A stretch of DNA of 64,000 nt from Solirubrobacteraceae bacterium (GCA_030447275.1 JAUJPF010000001.1:90999-154998), one strand, 5' to 3'; positions 37,132-46,672 are shown, numbered from the stretch's first letter. A program made the numbers and translations. Notes: generated from the sequence alone by a model not told the origin.

Positions 37132-37913
37132 TCGCGCTCGCGCAGCCGGAGCTCCATGCGCACCGCGATGCCCGAACCGACCAGCATCACCATCGCCATC
37201 GTGTACAGGCCAATCAGGAGCACGGCGAGCAGGAGGAACAGGCGCACGGCGGCGAAGCCGGCGGCGGCGTCGAAGTACAGGCCGATCAGCCACGGGATGG
37301 CGGGGAGCGCGATCCCCGCCGGGATCGCGCCGATAAGCGAGGCGCGCCACTTCATGCGCGAGCGCGGCGCGTACCGGTAGATGACCGCGAACACGAGGAC
37401 GGAACCGACGGCGCTGAACACCAGCGACATGCCGTTGCCGCCGAGCGCCAGCCAGCGCAGCGCGTCGCCGATCACCGGCGCGCCGGCGGCCGCGAAGACG
37501 AACGCGACGGCGACGAGCGCCCCCAGAGCCATGTTGCGGATTCGCCCGGTGACGACGTTGTGGCGAGTGCAGTCGAGGATCCGCGACTCGCAGCGCTCGA
37601 TCACGCCGATCGCACCCGACGACGTCCACAGCATCGCCGCGACCGCGACGGCGAGCAGCCACGGCGAGTCGTTGCGGGCGCCATCCACGAGGTTCTCGAC
37701 GTCGGCGTGCACGGCGTCGGGAAGGAACCGGTTGAGCTGCTCCGCCACCTCGATCGCCGACAGGAAGTCCTTCAGGAGCAGCGCCTCGATCGCCGCGATG
37801 CCCAGCGCGAACGGCGCCAGCGAGAGCAGCAGGTAGTAGGTCAGGGCCGGGACGTCGTCCGCGATGCCCTGCCCCCAGTAGAAGTCGAAGACCCGACGGC
37901 CGAGGCGCCCCAC
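37020..37913 (-). CDS. YihY/BrkB-family membrane protein
   Basis: GIADDVPALTYYLLLSLAPFALG ... multi-TM. GTG start at 37913. The 3' end overlaps the convergent gene by 112 nt. Confidence 0.75.
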   Translation of the reverse strand: MGRLGRRVFDFYWGQGIADDVPALTYYLLLSLAPFALGIAAIEALLLKDFLSAIEVAEQLNRFLPDAVHADVENLVDGARNDSPWLLAVAVAAMLWTSSGAIGVIERCESRILDCTRHNVVTGRIRNMALGALVAVAFVFAAAGAPVIGDALRWLALGGNGMSLVFSAVGSVLVFAVIYRYAPRSRMKWRASLIGAIPAGIALPAIPWLIGLYFDAAAGFAAVRLFLLLAVLLIGLYTMAMVMLVGSGIAVRMELRLRERDQARAATSRGPVRTPPASSATGDAPRTAYSGAGPSTS

Positions 37914-37929
37914 GGTCGGAGTCTGCCCG

Positions 37930-38370
37930 CTACCGCTGCACCGCGAACCGCAGGGCGTGGATCTGCGACTGGCCGAAGGAGCCGGTCTGGACCGGGCCGG
38001 CGGCGGTCGCGCGGTCGCCGAGCCGTGGGTCGCGGCGCGGGCGCAGGGACGGCTTGACGTCGACGGCGGTGGCGCCGGGCAGCGAGATCCCGCCCGCGGC
38101 GATGACCACGTGGAGGTCGCCGTCGCCGTCGGGGTCGACGGCCTCGACGAGGACGACCCGGCCGATGACGCTGCGGCAGCCGGGGACGTTCGCGGGGCAG
38201 CGGGCACGGCGCAGCGGCTTGGCCCTGGGCTTCCGGTCGCGGCGCTCGGTCCGTGGAGCGCGGTCACGGTTCTCGGGCTCGCCGCCCAGCAGCGGCGCGC
38301 CGGCGCGGTCGCGATCGAGCAGCACGAGCCCCGCGACGGCGAGCAGCGCGATGACCAGGAGGACCTTCAT
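37930..38370 (-). CDS. Small membrane-anchored or secreted hypothetical protein
   Basis: MKVLLVIALLAVAGLVLL signal/anchor. ATGA overlap with the upstream thioesterase gene at 38367-38370. Confidence 0.55.
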   Translation of the reverse strand: MKVLLVIALLAVAGLVLLDRDRAGAPLLGGEPENRDRAPRTERRDRKPRAKPLRRARCPANVPGCRSVIGRVVLVEAVDPDGDGDLHVVIAAGGISLPGATAVDVKPSLRPRRDPRLGDRATAAGPVQTGSFGQSQIHALRFAVQR

Positions 38371-39137
38371 GGGCGCCCGACGTACAGCGTCTGCTGGCCG
38401 GTCCCGACGGGGCCCTCGCGGTCGTGGAGCGTCGACAGCGCGAGCCCCACCCCGTTGGGCTGCACGATTGTCCGCGCGTCGAGCGCGACCCACTCGCCGC
38501 GCGGCGGTCGGTGCAGCGAGACGGTCAGGTCGGTGTTCACGAACAGCCACGACCCGTCGAAGCTCAGGACGCGGCTCACGCCGTTGCCGAAGTCGGCGGC
38601 CGCGGCGGCGCGCATCGCCGGGCTCGGCTCCTCGCCCTCGACGACCTCGTGCGCGAGGCGGAACCAGACGGCGCCCGGGCCGCCGCTCCAGTCGCCGACG
38701 ACCCAGCGCATCTCCATGCCGGTGCGGTAGAAGGCCTCGTCGGCGTCGCCGCCCCAGTCGTCGGTGCGTCCGTCCTCGGGCGGGACGGTGAGCGGCGGGC
38801 CTTCGGTGTCGGCGGGCAGGCCGTCGAGCTCCTGACGCTGGAGCAGCAGCGCGCTCGCGCGGCACATCTCGCGCCCGTCGGCGAGCGCGAGGTTGGCGCG
38901 CGCGAGCTGCATCCGGCGCCCGCGCCGCGACAGCTCGGCCTCGACGCGGACCGGTTCGAGCGGGACCGCGCCGAGGAACTCCACGGTCAACCGCGCGAGC
39001 TGCATCTCGGGCGCGAGCGCCTCGATCGCGCGCACGAGCAGCGCCGACGGCGCGCCGCCGTGCTGCATCCCCGGGTCCCAGGGCCCGCGCGCGTGCCCGG
39101 TCGGCACGAACAGGTCGCCCTCGCGGCCGAAGACCAT
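38367..39137 (-). CDS. Thioesterase-like (hotdog-fold) superfamily protein
   Basis: 256 aa. GPWDPGMQHGGAPSALL and the two-lobe layout resemble acyl-CoA thioesterase-like (4HBT_3) proteins. Confidence 0.55.
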   Translation of the reverse strand: MVFGREGDLFVPTGHARGPWDPGMQHGGAPSALLVRAIEALAPEMQLARLTVEFLGAVPLEPVRVEAELSRRGRRMQLARANLALADGREMCRASALLLQRQELDGLPADTEGPPLTVPPEDGRTDDWGGDADEAFYRTGMEMRWVVGDWSGGPGAVWFRLAHEVVEGEEPSPAMRAAAAADFGNGVSRVLSFDGSWLFVNTDLTVSLHRPPRGEWVALDARTIVQPNGVGLALSTLHDREGPVGTGQQTLYVGRP

Positions 39138-39147
39138 CCGCCGAAGG

Positions 39148-39552
39148 CTACGACCGAAGCCAGATCGCTCCGTCGCGCACGTCGACGGCGCGGCGCCGCA
39201 GCCGGAACGCGCCGTTCGTGTAGCCCTGGATCGTCTTCGAGTAGGGCGGGAAGCCGAAGATGCGGCCCTTCGGCCCCGAAACCATCTCCCCCGTCTCCAC
39301 GTCGTAGCGGGCGCGGTGCCACGGGCACTCGAGGCAGCCGTCGCGGATCTGGCCCTGACCGAGCTTCGCGAACTGGTGGCGGCAGACGTTCGAGACGGCG
39401 AACGGGCGGTCGCCGGCCATCCCGACGGCGAGCGTCCCGAACCGGGCGGTCTCGACCTCGACCACGCCCGACGGCGGAAGGTCGGCGAGGGCGACGAGGC
39501 GGTCGCCGACCGCGTGGACGGGATTGCGCGTCTTGATCTCGGGAACCAGCAT
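39148..39552 (-). CDS. Rieske [2Fe-2S] domain protein
   Basis: CRHQ ... CPWH ligand motifs in a 134-aa protein. Confidence 0.85.
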   Translation of the reverse strand: MLVPEIKTRNPVHAVGDRLVALADLPPSGVVEVETARFGTLAVGMAGDRPFAVSNVCRHQFAKLGQGQIRDGCLECPWHRARYDVETGEMVSGPKGRIFGFPPYSKTIQGYTNGAFRLRRRAVDVRDGAIWLRS

Positions 39553-39601
39553 GCGTCGCCGCTACCCGCGCCCCGGGCGGCGGCGCGCCGGGCTCGGGCG
39601 A

Positions 39602-40393
39602 TCAGGCGTATGCGCGGTCGGCTAGCTCGGCGATGACCTTCGAGAGCTGACCTCCCTGCCAGGCGAGCGGGGACAAGCCCTCGTCCTCGACGCGCAGCTC
39701 GGCGTTCGGCATCCGGCGCGCGTACTCCGCGCCGACCTCGTACGGGTGGCCCGGGTCGGCCTCGTCGCGGCTGAGGACGACGATGGTCGGCGCAGCAATT
39801 CGGTCGAGGACGTCGAGCGAGTCGAACGGCTTCGAGCGCGGGACGCAGCGCAGCGCGTCGGCGACGGCGTCCGGGCGCTCGTGGCGGCCGAGGCGCTGCC
39901 GGACGACCTTCAGGACCGTCTCGCGGTAGCGCTCGTCGAGGTGCTCGGCGTCGCCGTAGGCCTCGACGAACGCGTCGACGCCCCCGCTGCGCAGCGCTTC
40001 GCTCAGCCGGTCCCAGCGCTCGAGGCCGGGCGGGTGGTCGGGGTGGAACGCGGGCGTGATGAGGACGAGGCCGGCGACGAGGTCGGGCTCCTCGAGCGCG
40101 ACCCGCAGCGCGGTGTGCGCGCCCATCGACGCGCCGGCCAGGACGGCGCGCTCGAGGCCGAGCGAGTCGAGGACGTCGAGCAGGTCGGCGGCCAGGCACT
40201 CGTAGCCGTAGGCCTCCCGCGCGGGCGCGGGCTCCGACTCGCCGTGGCCGCGCGCGTCGTAGGCGATCACGCGGTGGCCGGACCGCGGCAGCGACTTCGA
40301 CCCCATCACCACGTAGCGCCGCGTGGCCGTGAGGCCGTGGAGCAGGACGACGACCGGGCCCTCTCCCTGGTCGTCGATGGCCAGCCGCAGCAC
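39602..40393 (-). CDS. Alpha/beta hydrolase
   Basis: VVLLHGL ... GASMGA nucleophile elbow. 263 aa. Confidence 0.8.
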   Translation of the reverse strand: MLRLAIDDQGEGPVVVLLHGLTATRRYVVMGSKSLPRSGHRVIAYDARGHGESEPAPAREAYGYECLAADLLDVLDSLGLERAVLAGASMGAHTALRVALEEPDLVAGLVLITPAFHPDHPPGLERWDRLSEALRSGGVDAFVEAYGDAEHLDERYRETVLKVVRQRLGRHERPDAVADALRCVPRSKPFDSLDVLDRIAAPTIVVLSRDEADPGHPYEVGAEYARRMPNAELRVEDEGLSPLAWQGGQLSKVIAELADRAYA

Positions 40394-40410
40394 GCCTCTA
40401 CATTAAGACC

Positions 40411-41154
40411 ATGACCGTCATCGACGTCACCGACGCGACCTTCGCCGAGGAGGTCGTCGAGCGCTCGAAGCAGCTCCCCGTCGTGGTGGACTTCTGGGCC
40501 GAGTGGTGCGGCCCGTGCCGCCAGCTCGGTCCGCTCGTCGAGCGCGAGGCCAACGCGCGCGAGGGCCAGGTCGTGCTGGCCAAGGTCGACACCGACGCCA
40601 ACCAGCAGACGGCGATGCAGTTCCGCATCCAGGGGATCCCCGCGGTCAAGGCGTTCAAGGACGGCGCGGTCGTCGACGAGTTCGTCGGCGCGCAGCCGGC
40701 GCCCGCGGTCGCGCGCTTCTTCGACAAGCTCGTGCCGAGCGAGGCCGAGACGCTGGCCTCCGCCGGCGACGAGGCGTCGCTGCGGCGAGCCCTCGAGCTG
40801 GAGCCGGCGCGCGCGGACGCCGCCGTCCGCCTCGCGAAGCTGCTCCTCGCCCGCGGCGAGCGCGACGAGGCGCTCACCCTGGCCGAAGGGGTCCCCGGCG
40901 ACTTCCAGGCCGAGGGCCTCGCCGCGCGCATCCGGCTCGAGCAGCAGGGGGAGCCGGACTTGTCTCAGGCATGGGAGGCGCTCGACGCCGGCGACCACGA
41001 GCGCGCGATCGACGTGCTCATCGCCGCGCTCCCGAACGCCGACGGCGCCAGGGACGACATCCGCCAGGCGGTCGTCGCCGTCCTCGACGAGCTCGGCGTC
41101 GAGCACCCGCTCGCGCGCGACGCGCGCCGCCGCCTCGCCGCCGCGCTCTACTGA
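40411..41154 (+). CDS. Thioredoxin-domain protein with a TPR-like C-terminus (YbbN/CnoX-like)
   Basis: VVVDFWAEWCGPCRQL active site plus a helical C-terminal half. Confidence 0.85.
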   Translation: MTVIDVTDATFAEEVVERSKQLPVVVDFWAEWCGPCRQLGPLVEREANAREGQVVLAKVDTDANQQTAMQFRIQGIPAVKAFKDGAVVDEFVGAQPAPAVARFFDKLVPSEAETLASAGDEASLRRALELEPARADAAVRLAKLLLARGERDEALTLAEGVPGDFQAEGLAARIRLEQQGEPDLSQAWEALDAGDHERAIDVLIAALPNADGARDDIRQAVVAVLDELGVEHPLARDARRRLAAALY

Positions 41155-41158
41155 GGCC

Positions 41159-41334
41159 GTGCACACGGCCGGGCTGATCCTGGTCGTCCTCGCCGTCGCG
41201 GGCCTCTCCGCCATCGACAGCGCCCGCGGGAACCGCCGGTACGGCGGCCCGCCGATGGACGACGCGTTCGGCCCGAGCGCCCCCTCGCGCTCTGCTTCGC
41301 GGTGCCGGGCGTCGTCCTGCTGATCCTCGGCTAG
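41159..41334 (+). CDS. Possible small 2-TM protein, apparently split between two frames
   Basis: The GTG ORF 41159..41323 begins with a TM helix (HTAGLILVVLAVAGLSAI). A second TM helix (PLALCFAVPGVVLLILG-stop at 41332-41334) lies in another frame. Confidence 0.2.
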
Positions 41335-42191
41335 AGCAGCCGCAGCTCGCGCGCCACTGCGTCGGGGTCCTCGAGCTGCGGGTAGTGCCCGACGCCGGCG
41401 AGCTCGGCGACCGCGGCGTCCGGGCGGCGCAGCCGCAGCTCGGCGAGCATGTGCTCGCCGCTGACCGGGTCGAGCGGCCCCCACACGAACCGCAGCGGGA
41501 CGTCGGCGCGCGCGATCGTCTCCTCCCAGCGCCGCGCGAACCGCCGGCGCTCCTCGATGTACGCGAGCAGCGCATGACCGAGGTCACGACCGCCGCGGTT
41601 CGTCAGGGCGACCCAGTGCTCGTGCAGCTCGTCGTCGGCGACCGGCCGGGCGATCACGCGCCGCAGGCCCGCGCGGAAGGTGCGTTCCGTCGTCAGGCGC
41701 GACAGGACCGGTCCGCTCAGCCGGTGCGCGAGCAGCTTCTGGACGAGCAGCGGGCGGTGGAGCGACGGGATCATCCCGCCGTTGAGGAAGGCGACCGACG
41801 CCAGCTCGACCGGCAGGTCGCCGTCGTCGCGCCGCGCGAGCAGCTCCTGCGCCACCGACACGCCGTAGTCGTGGGCGACGAGCGCGGTCCGCTCCACCCC
41901 GAGGTGCTTCCACGCGGCCTCGACGGCGTCGGCCTGCTCGAGCAGCGAGTACCGGTGGGGCTTCGGCTTGTCGGAGTCGCCGAAGCCGAGGAAGTCGAGG
42001 GCCAGCAGCCGCCGCTCCCCGCGGAGCCTCGCGAACATCGGCGCCCAGTCGAGCGACGACGTCGGAAAGCCGTGCAGGAACGTCACCAGCGGCGCGCCGG
42101 GCGGGCCGTCCTCGCGGACGAACACGCGGTGCCCGCCGGGCCCGTCGACGCGCCGGCCGCCGGCCCACCACTCCGCGGCGCGCGCGGTCAC
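41331..42191 (-). CDS. Alpha/beta hydrolase
   Basis: VTFLHGFPTSSLDW ... AHDYGVSV. The GTG start overlaps the upstream stop (GTGA at 42188-42191). Confidence 0.8.
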   Translation of the reverse strand: MTARAAEWWAGGRRVDGPGGHRVFVREDGPPGAPLVTFLHGFPTSSLDWAPMFARLRGERRLLALDFLGFGDSDKPKPHRYSLLEQADAVEAAWKHLGVERTALVAHDYGVSVAQELLARRDDGDLPVELASVAFLNGGMIPSLHRPLLVQKLLAHRLSGPVLSRLTTERTFRAGLRRVIARPVADDELHEHWVALTNRGGRDLGHALLAYIEERRRFARRWEETIARADVPLRFVWGPLDPVSGEHMLAELRLRRPDAAVAELAGVGHYPQLEDPDAVARELRLL

Positions 42192-43000
42192 CCCGCCGTG
42201 GCCGCCGCCCGGACGTGGTCGCGGACGAGCTCGGCGCTGCGCTGCGGCTGCTCCCACCAGAACAGGTGGCCGACGCCCTCCAGCTCGACCAGCCGGGCCC
42301 CCGGGATGCGATCGGCGATGACGCGCGAGTTCTGAGGCGGCAGCATCACGTCGGCCGTGCCGTGGACCACCAGCGTCGGCGCCGCGATCCGGTCGAGGCG
42401 GCCCGAGGTGTCGTGGCCCGCGCCCGCGCGGAGCTGGAGCGCGATCACGCTCACCGAGACGCGCCCTGCCAGCGCCATCTCCCGCCACGGCTCGTACGCG
42501 CCCGGCTTCGCGGCGAACTCGGGCGAGACGTTGATCTCCCAGTTCGTGCGCAGCGCGCGCTCGCGGTCGCCGGACTGCCACGCCTCGCCGAGCCGCTGGA
42601 GGTTCTCGGGGGGCGTCAGTGCGCTGCCCTCCCCGCCCGCGTACGAGCAGCCGAGGACGAGCGTCCGCACGCGCTCGGGGTGCCGGAGCACGAGCTCCTG
42701 GGCCACCATGCCGCCGAGCGAGATCCCGACGACGTGGGCGCTGTCGATGTCGAGCGCGTCGAGGAGCCCGGCGGCGTCCTCGGCGAGGTCGACGATCGTG
42801 AACTCCTCGCTGACGCGGCTGGACCGGCCGACCCCGCGGTGGTCGTAGGCGATGACGCGGAAGTCGGCGGCCAGCACGTCCAGGAACGGCCCGCCCCACG
42901 AGAGGTGCGTCCCGGCGAGGCCCATGATCAGCAGCACCGGCTCGCCCTCCCCCCGCTCGGCGTAGTGCAGCTCGAAGCCGTTCACGCTCGCCGTCGGCAC
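42188..43000 (-). CDS. Alpha/beta hydrolase
   Basis: VLLIMGLAG ... GISLGGMVAQE nucleophile elbow. 270 aa. Confidence 0.85.
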   Translation of the reverse strand: MPTASVNGFELHYAERGEGEPVLLIMGLAGTHLSWGGPFLDVLAADFRVIAYDHRGVGRSSRVSEEFTIVDLAEDAAGLLDALDIDSAHVVGISLGGMVAQELVLRHPERVRTLVLGCSYAGGEGSALTPPENLQRLGEAWQSGDRERALRTNWEINVSPEFAAKPGAYEPWREMALAGRVSVSVIALQLRAGAGHDTSGRLDRIAAPTLVVHGTADVMLPPQNSRVIADRIPGARLVELEGVGHLFWWEQPQRSAELVRDHVRAAATAG

Positions 43001-43010
43001 CTCCCCCAGC

Positions 43011-44069
43011 CTAGACGGGGAGCGCCATCTGCCCGTCGTCGACCGCGGGCGAGTCGCCGTGGTCGAACGCGGCGACGCGCACGCCCAGCAGCCGGACCGG
43101 CCGAGCCGGCGCGTACTCGCGCAGCAGATCGAGCGCGACGCCGCCGACGACCCCCGGATCGTTCGTCGGCGCGGCGATCGTGCGGGCGCGGGTCACGGTC
43201 GTCCAGTCGTCGAGGCGCACCTTGATCGCGATGTTCCGCCCGCGCCGCTCCTGCTTGGCCAGGCGCACGCACAGCTCGCGGGCGAGCACGTCGAGGCGCC
43301 CCTCGAGCTCGAGCGGGTCGGCGACGTCATGGTCGAACGTCGTCTCGCGCGACTCGGACACCGCGACGCGCTCGAGCGTCAGGTGCTCGCCGCCGTGGAA
43401 GCTCGCCCGCCGCTTGAGATCGGGCCCGTGGTTGGCACCGAAGTGCTCGACGAGCAGGCTCTCGGGCGCCGCGGCGAGCGCGCCGAGCGTCGTCAGCTTG
43501 AGGCGCTCCAGCCGCGCGACGGTCTTCGGGCCGATCCCGGGGACGAGCCCCGGCGGGCGGTCGGCGAAGCGCGCGCACGCGTCTTCGCGGCTCAGCACGA
43601 CGAACCCCGCGGGCTTCTCGGCGTCGGAGGCCACCTTCGCCACCAGCTTGTTCGGCCCGATGCCGACGGAGGCGGTCAGCCCCGTCTCCTCCCGGATCGC
43701 GGCGACGAGGCGGCGCATCGCCGCTCGCGGCGCGACGAGCCCGTCGAGGTCGAGGTACGCCTCGTCGAGCCCGAGGACCTCCACGCGCTCGACGTGGGCG
43801 CGCAGCAGCGCCATCACCTTCGCGGACGCCTCGCGGTAGGCGACGAAGTCCGGCGGGATGAGGACCGCGTCCGGGCACAGCCGCCGCGCCCGGGCCGTCG
43901 GCATCGCCGACCCGATGCCGAACTTCCGCGCCTCGTACGACGCCGTCGTCACCACCGCCCGTGGCCCGCTGCCGGAGACGATCACCGGCTTGCCCGCAAG
44001 CTCCGGCCGGCGGAGCAGCTCGACGCTCGCGTAGAAGGCGTCGACGTCGAGGTGGGCGATGCGGGCCAT
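43011..44069 (-). CDS. dinB: DNA polymerase IV (Y-family)
   Basis: IAHLDVDAFYASVE ... LGLDEAYLD ... SVGIGPNKLVAKVASD. Confidence 0.93.
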   Translation of the reverse strand: MARIAHLDVDAFYASVELLRRPELAGKPVIVSGSGPRAVVTTASYEARKFGIGSAMPTARARRLCPDAVLIPPDFVAYREASAKVMALLRAHVERVEVLGLDEAYLDLDGLVAPRAAMRRLVAAIREETGLTASVGIGPNKLVAKVASDAEKPAGFVVLSREDACARFADRPPGLVPGIGPKTVARLERLKLTTLGALAAAPESLLVEHFGANHGPDLKRRASFHGGEHLTLERVAVSESRETTFDHDVADPLELEGRLDVLARELCVRLAKQERRGRNIAIKVRLDDWTTVTRARTIAAPTNDPGVVGGVALDLLREYAPARPVRLLGVRVAAFDHGDSPAVDDGQMALPV

Positions 44070-44082
44070 CGGGCGGCGAACG

Positions 44083-44757
44083 TTAGTGCGCGACCCAGAC
44101 CCTTCCGACGGAGCCGAACCCGAGGCGGTACTTCGTCGCGGCGGTGAGGTCGAACTCCCGCGCGCCGACGTACGGGCCCCGGTCGATGACCCGCGCCCGC
44201 ACGACGCGCGAGCCGTTGCGGAGCACGACCCTCGTGCCGCACGGCAGCGACTTGTGCGCGACGCCGATCGTCCCGGCGGACAGCGTCCCGCCGCAGCCGA
44301 GGGCGTTGCCGTACAGGCCCGGCCCGTACCACGACGCGAGCGCGGGGCGGAACGCGTTGAGCCGCCCGGCGCCGCGCGACGCGGGTCGCGCGGTGCGGTC
44401 GCCGCCGAAGCGGATGCGGACGAGCGACGTGCCCGTCGTGCGGGCGCGGTGGCGCAGGACGAAGCGGCCCGCCCTGTCTGTCAGGTCGCCGTCGAGCTGG
44501 CGCCAGCGCCCGCGCGCCAGACGCTCGAGACGGACGATGCGGTTGGCCTGGCGCGGGCGCAGCACGCCGCGGACGAAGGCGGTACGGCCCGTGCGGACGT
44601 CCAGCCGCTTCGCCGTGACGGCGAGCTTCGCTGCCGCGCGCGGCGCGGCGGCCGGAGCTTCGGTCTGGGCGGTCGCGGCGCTTCCGGCGCCGAGCATGGT
44701 CGTTGCGAGTGCGCCGGCGGCCAGGGTGGCGCGGCCGCGCGTCGAGTTCGGCCTCAT
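44083..44757 (-). CDS. Secreted RlpA-like (DPBB-fold) lytic transglycosylase family protein
   Basis: Signal peptide, then ASWYGPGLYGNALGCGGTL ... GVAHKSLPCGTRV ... VRARVIDRGPY (DPBB_1 signature). Confidence 0.8.
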   Translation of the reverse strand: MRPNSTRGRATLAAGALATTMLGAGSAATAQTEAPAAAPRAAAKLAVTAKRLDVRTGRTAFVRGVLRPRQANRIVRLERLARGRWRQLDGDLTDRAGRFVLRHRARTTGTSLVRIRFGGDRTARPASRGAGRLNAFRPALASWYGPGLYGNALGCGGTLSAGTIGVAHKSLPCGTRVVLRNGSRVVRARVIDRGPYVGAREFDLTAATKYRLGFGSVGRVWVAH

Positions 44758-44779
44758 GTCGAGGGCCCTCCTTGAGCTG

Positions 44780-44922
44780 TCTCTTTGGCGCCTACGAGGT
44801 GAGCTGACGGGCTCGCGGCCGCTCAGGCCGCTACACCGCGATCACGCGGCGATTCGCCCCAGCCGCGCGGAGTCGCGCGGCAGTGGTTCCCCCGTCCGGC
44901 CGTGGCCGGTTCGGCGATCGAA
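44780..44922 (-). promoter_or_regulatory. c-di-AMP riboswitch (ydaO/yuaA class) in the 5' leader of the RlpA-like gene
   Basis: The minus strand reads GATCGCCGAACCGG...ACGGGGGAACCAC...GGGGCGAATC...GAGCCCGTCAGCTCACCTCGTAGGCGCCAAAGAGA. This tracks the recalled ydaO core (AUCGCnnAAnC, CGGGGGAnCCA, GGGGUGAAUC, CCCGUCAGCUAACCUCGUAAGCG..AAAGAGA). AAGGAGGG and the ATG follow. Confidence 0.75.
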
Positions 44923-44970
44923 CAACCGTTCGTACGGTAGGAGCGACCTACGGGATCACTGTGTGGTGCG

Positions 44971-46101
44971 TCACAACACGTCGAGCGCGTACGTGCCGGC
45001 CAGGATCTGACCGCCCATCGCCGCGTACAGCGCCTCGTCGCGCGTACCGCCGCCGTTCGCCGCCGCCGCGCGACCCGCGTCGATCAGCTCGAGGATCCGC
45101 GCGGCGACGGGATGGGCGTCGGCGCGCCGGCACGCGAGCGCCGCCAGGCCGAGCGGCTCGTCGACCGGCTGGTCGTCGAACGACCGGTTGGCCGCGACGC
45201 CGAGGTGCGTGACGACCCGCTCGAACGCCACGTCGCGCGGCCCCAGCTGGCCGGCGCCCGGAGCGGGGCCGACGTCCAGCGGCTCGTCCCCCGCGAGCAC
45301 GCGGTCGAGCGACGCCCCGGCGATCGCCCGCAGCGCGTCGCCGTCGAGCGCGCACAGCAGCGCGCAGCGCAGGAACGCGAGCCCCTGGAACAGCGAGCTG
45401 CCGTAGGGCATGTCGCTCGCGTAGAGGATCCGCCCCGGCGGGACGGTGGTGTAGAGCGCGAGCAGGTCGCTGACCTGCCACCACGACGTGTCGAAGAACA
45501 GGTTCGGGAGCTCCGCCGCGTAGGGCGCGATCCAGCCGGTGTCGCTGATCCCCGCGTGGGCGAGGATGAGCCGCGCCCCGGGGTGCTCGCGCGCCATGTG
45601 CAGCACGCTCTCGCCGAGCTGCGGTATCCCGCGGCCGGCGTGGAAGAGGACCGCATGGCGCTCCGCGCCGGCCAGCGCGACCACGGCCTCGACGACCGGG
45701 TGCGGCAGCGCGAAGCCGTCCGAGCGCGGGTGGAGCTTGAATCCGCGCGCGCCCGCCTCCAGGCAGCGCCGGGCCTCGTCGAGCGCCCCGTCGGCGTTCG
45801 GATCGATCCGCGCGAGCCCCGACAGCCGGCCCTCGGAGCCCGCGGACGCGGCGAGGACCCGGTCGTTGGCGGGCGGGTAGCCCGCGGGCTCCTGCGCCGC
45901 GAACACGAGCGCGCGCGCCTGGCCGGCGTTGTCGAGCCCGGCAATGATGTCATCGGGGCCGGCCTCGAACCCGTCCGGATCGTCGTGGCCGATGTGCGTG
46001 TGCGCGTCGCACCACACCGTCCCCGCGGGAAGGGCGGCGGCGTGCGCGTCGTAGAGCGGCCGCAGCAGCTCGTCGTATGGGGACCACGGGGCCGTCGGCA
46101 C
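44971..46101 (-). CDS. Amidohydrolase-2 (TIM-barrel metal-dependent hydrolase) family protein with a C-terminal extension
   Basis: CDAHTHIGH ... FKLHP ... LFHAG ... ILAHAG ... FDTSW ... YASDMPY. Confidence 0.75.
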   Translation of the reverse strand: MPTAPWSPYDELLRPLYDAHAAALPAGTVWCDAHTHIGHDDPDGFEAGPDDIIAGLDNAGQARALVFAAQEPAGYPPANDRVLAASAGSEGRLSGLARIDPNADGALDEARRCLEAGARGFKLHPRSDGFALPHPVVEAVVALAGAERHAVLFHAGRGIPQLGESVLHMAREHPGARLILAHAGISDTGWIAPYAAELPNLFFDTSWWQVSDLLALYTTVPPGRILYASDMPYGSSLFQGLAFLRCALLCALDGDALRAIAGASLDRVLAGDEPLDVGPAPGAGQLGPRDVAFERVVTHLGVAANRSFDDQPVDEPLGLAALACRRADAHPVAARILELIDAGRAAAANGGGTRDEALYAAMGGQILAGTYALDVL

Positions 46102-46120
46102 GGCCGGGGACGCTAAGCGA

Positions 46121-46672
46121 TCAGGCGGCCAGCGACAGCGCCGGCTCGGCGACCGCGTCCTCGAGCTCGTCGCGCAGCTTCGTCATGCCGAGCCGGATCC
46201 GGCTCTTGGCGGTGCCGAGCGGCACGCCGACGCGCCGGGCGATCTCGTCGGCGGTCAGCCCGCCCCAGTAGGCGAGCACGAGCGCCTCGCGCTGCGGCCC
46301 GGGGAGCTGCTGGAGGGCCTCCCGCACCGCGTCGCGCTCGTGGCGGCGCTCGGCGGCGACGAGCGGGCGCTCGTCGAGCCGCGGCTCGTCCTGGCCGACC
46401 ACCAGCTCGAGGCGGTCGCGAGCGCGGCCGGCGGCCTGACCCTCGCGGTAGACGTCGAGGGCCCGGCTGCGGGCCATGAGCCGCAGGTAGGACCCGAGGT
46501 CGCCCCGGCGCGCGTCGAAGCGCTGCGGGTTGCGCCAGAGCTTCAGGAAGACGTCCTGGGCGACGTCCTGGGCCTGTGCCTGGTTGCCGAGGATGCGGAG
46601 CGCGGCGCCGTAGACGCTGCGCGAGTGCTCGTCGTAGATGCGGCCGAAGGTGGTGGGGTCGGAGAGGGTCAT
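46121..46672 (-). CDS. ECF-type RNA polymerase sigma factor
   Basis: Region 2 (AQDVAQDVFLKLW) and region 4 (REALVLAYWGGLTADEIARRVGVPLGTAKSRIRLG). ATG 46672 is preceded by AAGGAA. Confidence 0.85.
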   Translation of the reverse strand: MTLSDPTTFGRIYDEHSRSVYGAALRILGNQAQAQDVAQDVFLKLWRNPQRFDARRGDLGSYLRLMARSRALDVYREGQAAGRARDRLELVVGQDEPRLDERPLVAAERRHERDAVREALQQLPGPQREALVLAYWGGLTADEIARRVGVPLGTAKSRIRLGMTKLRDELEDAVAEPALSLAA

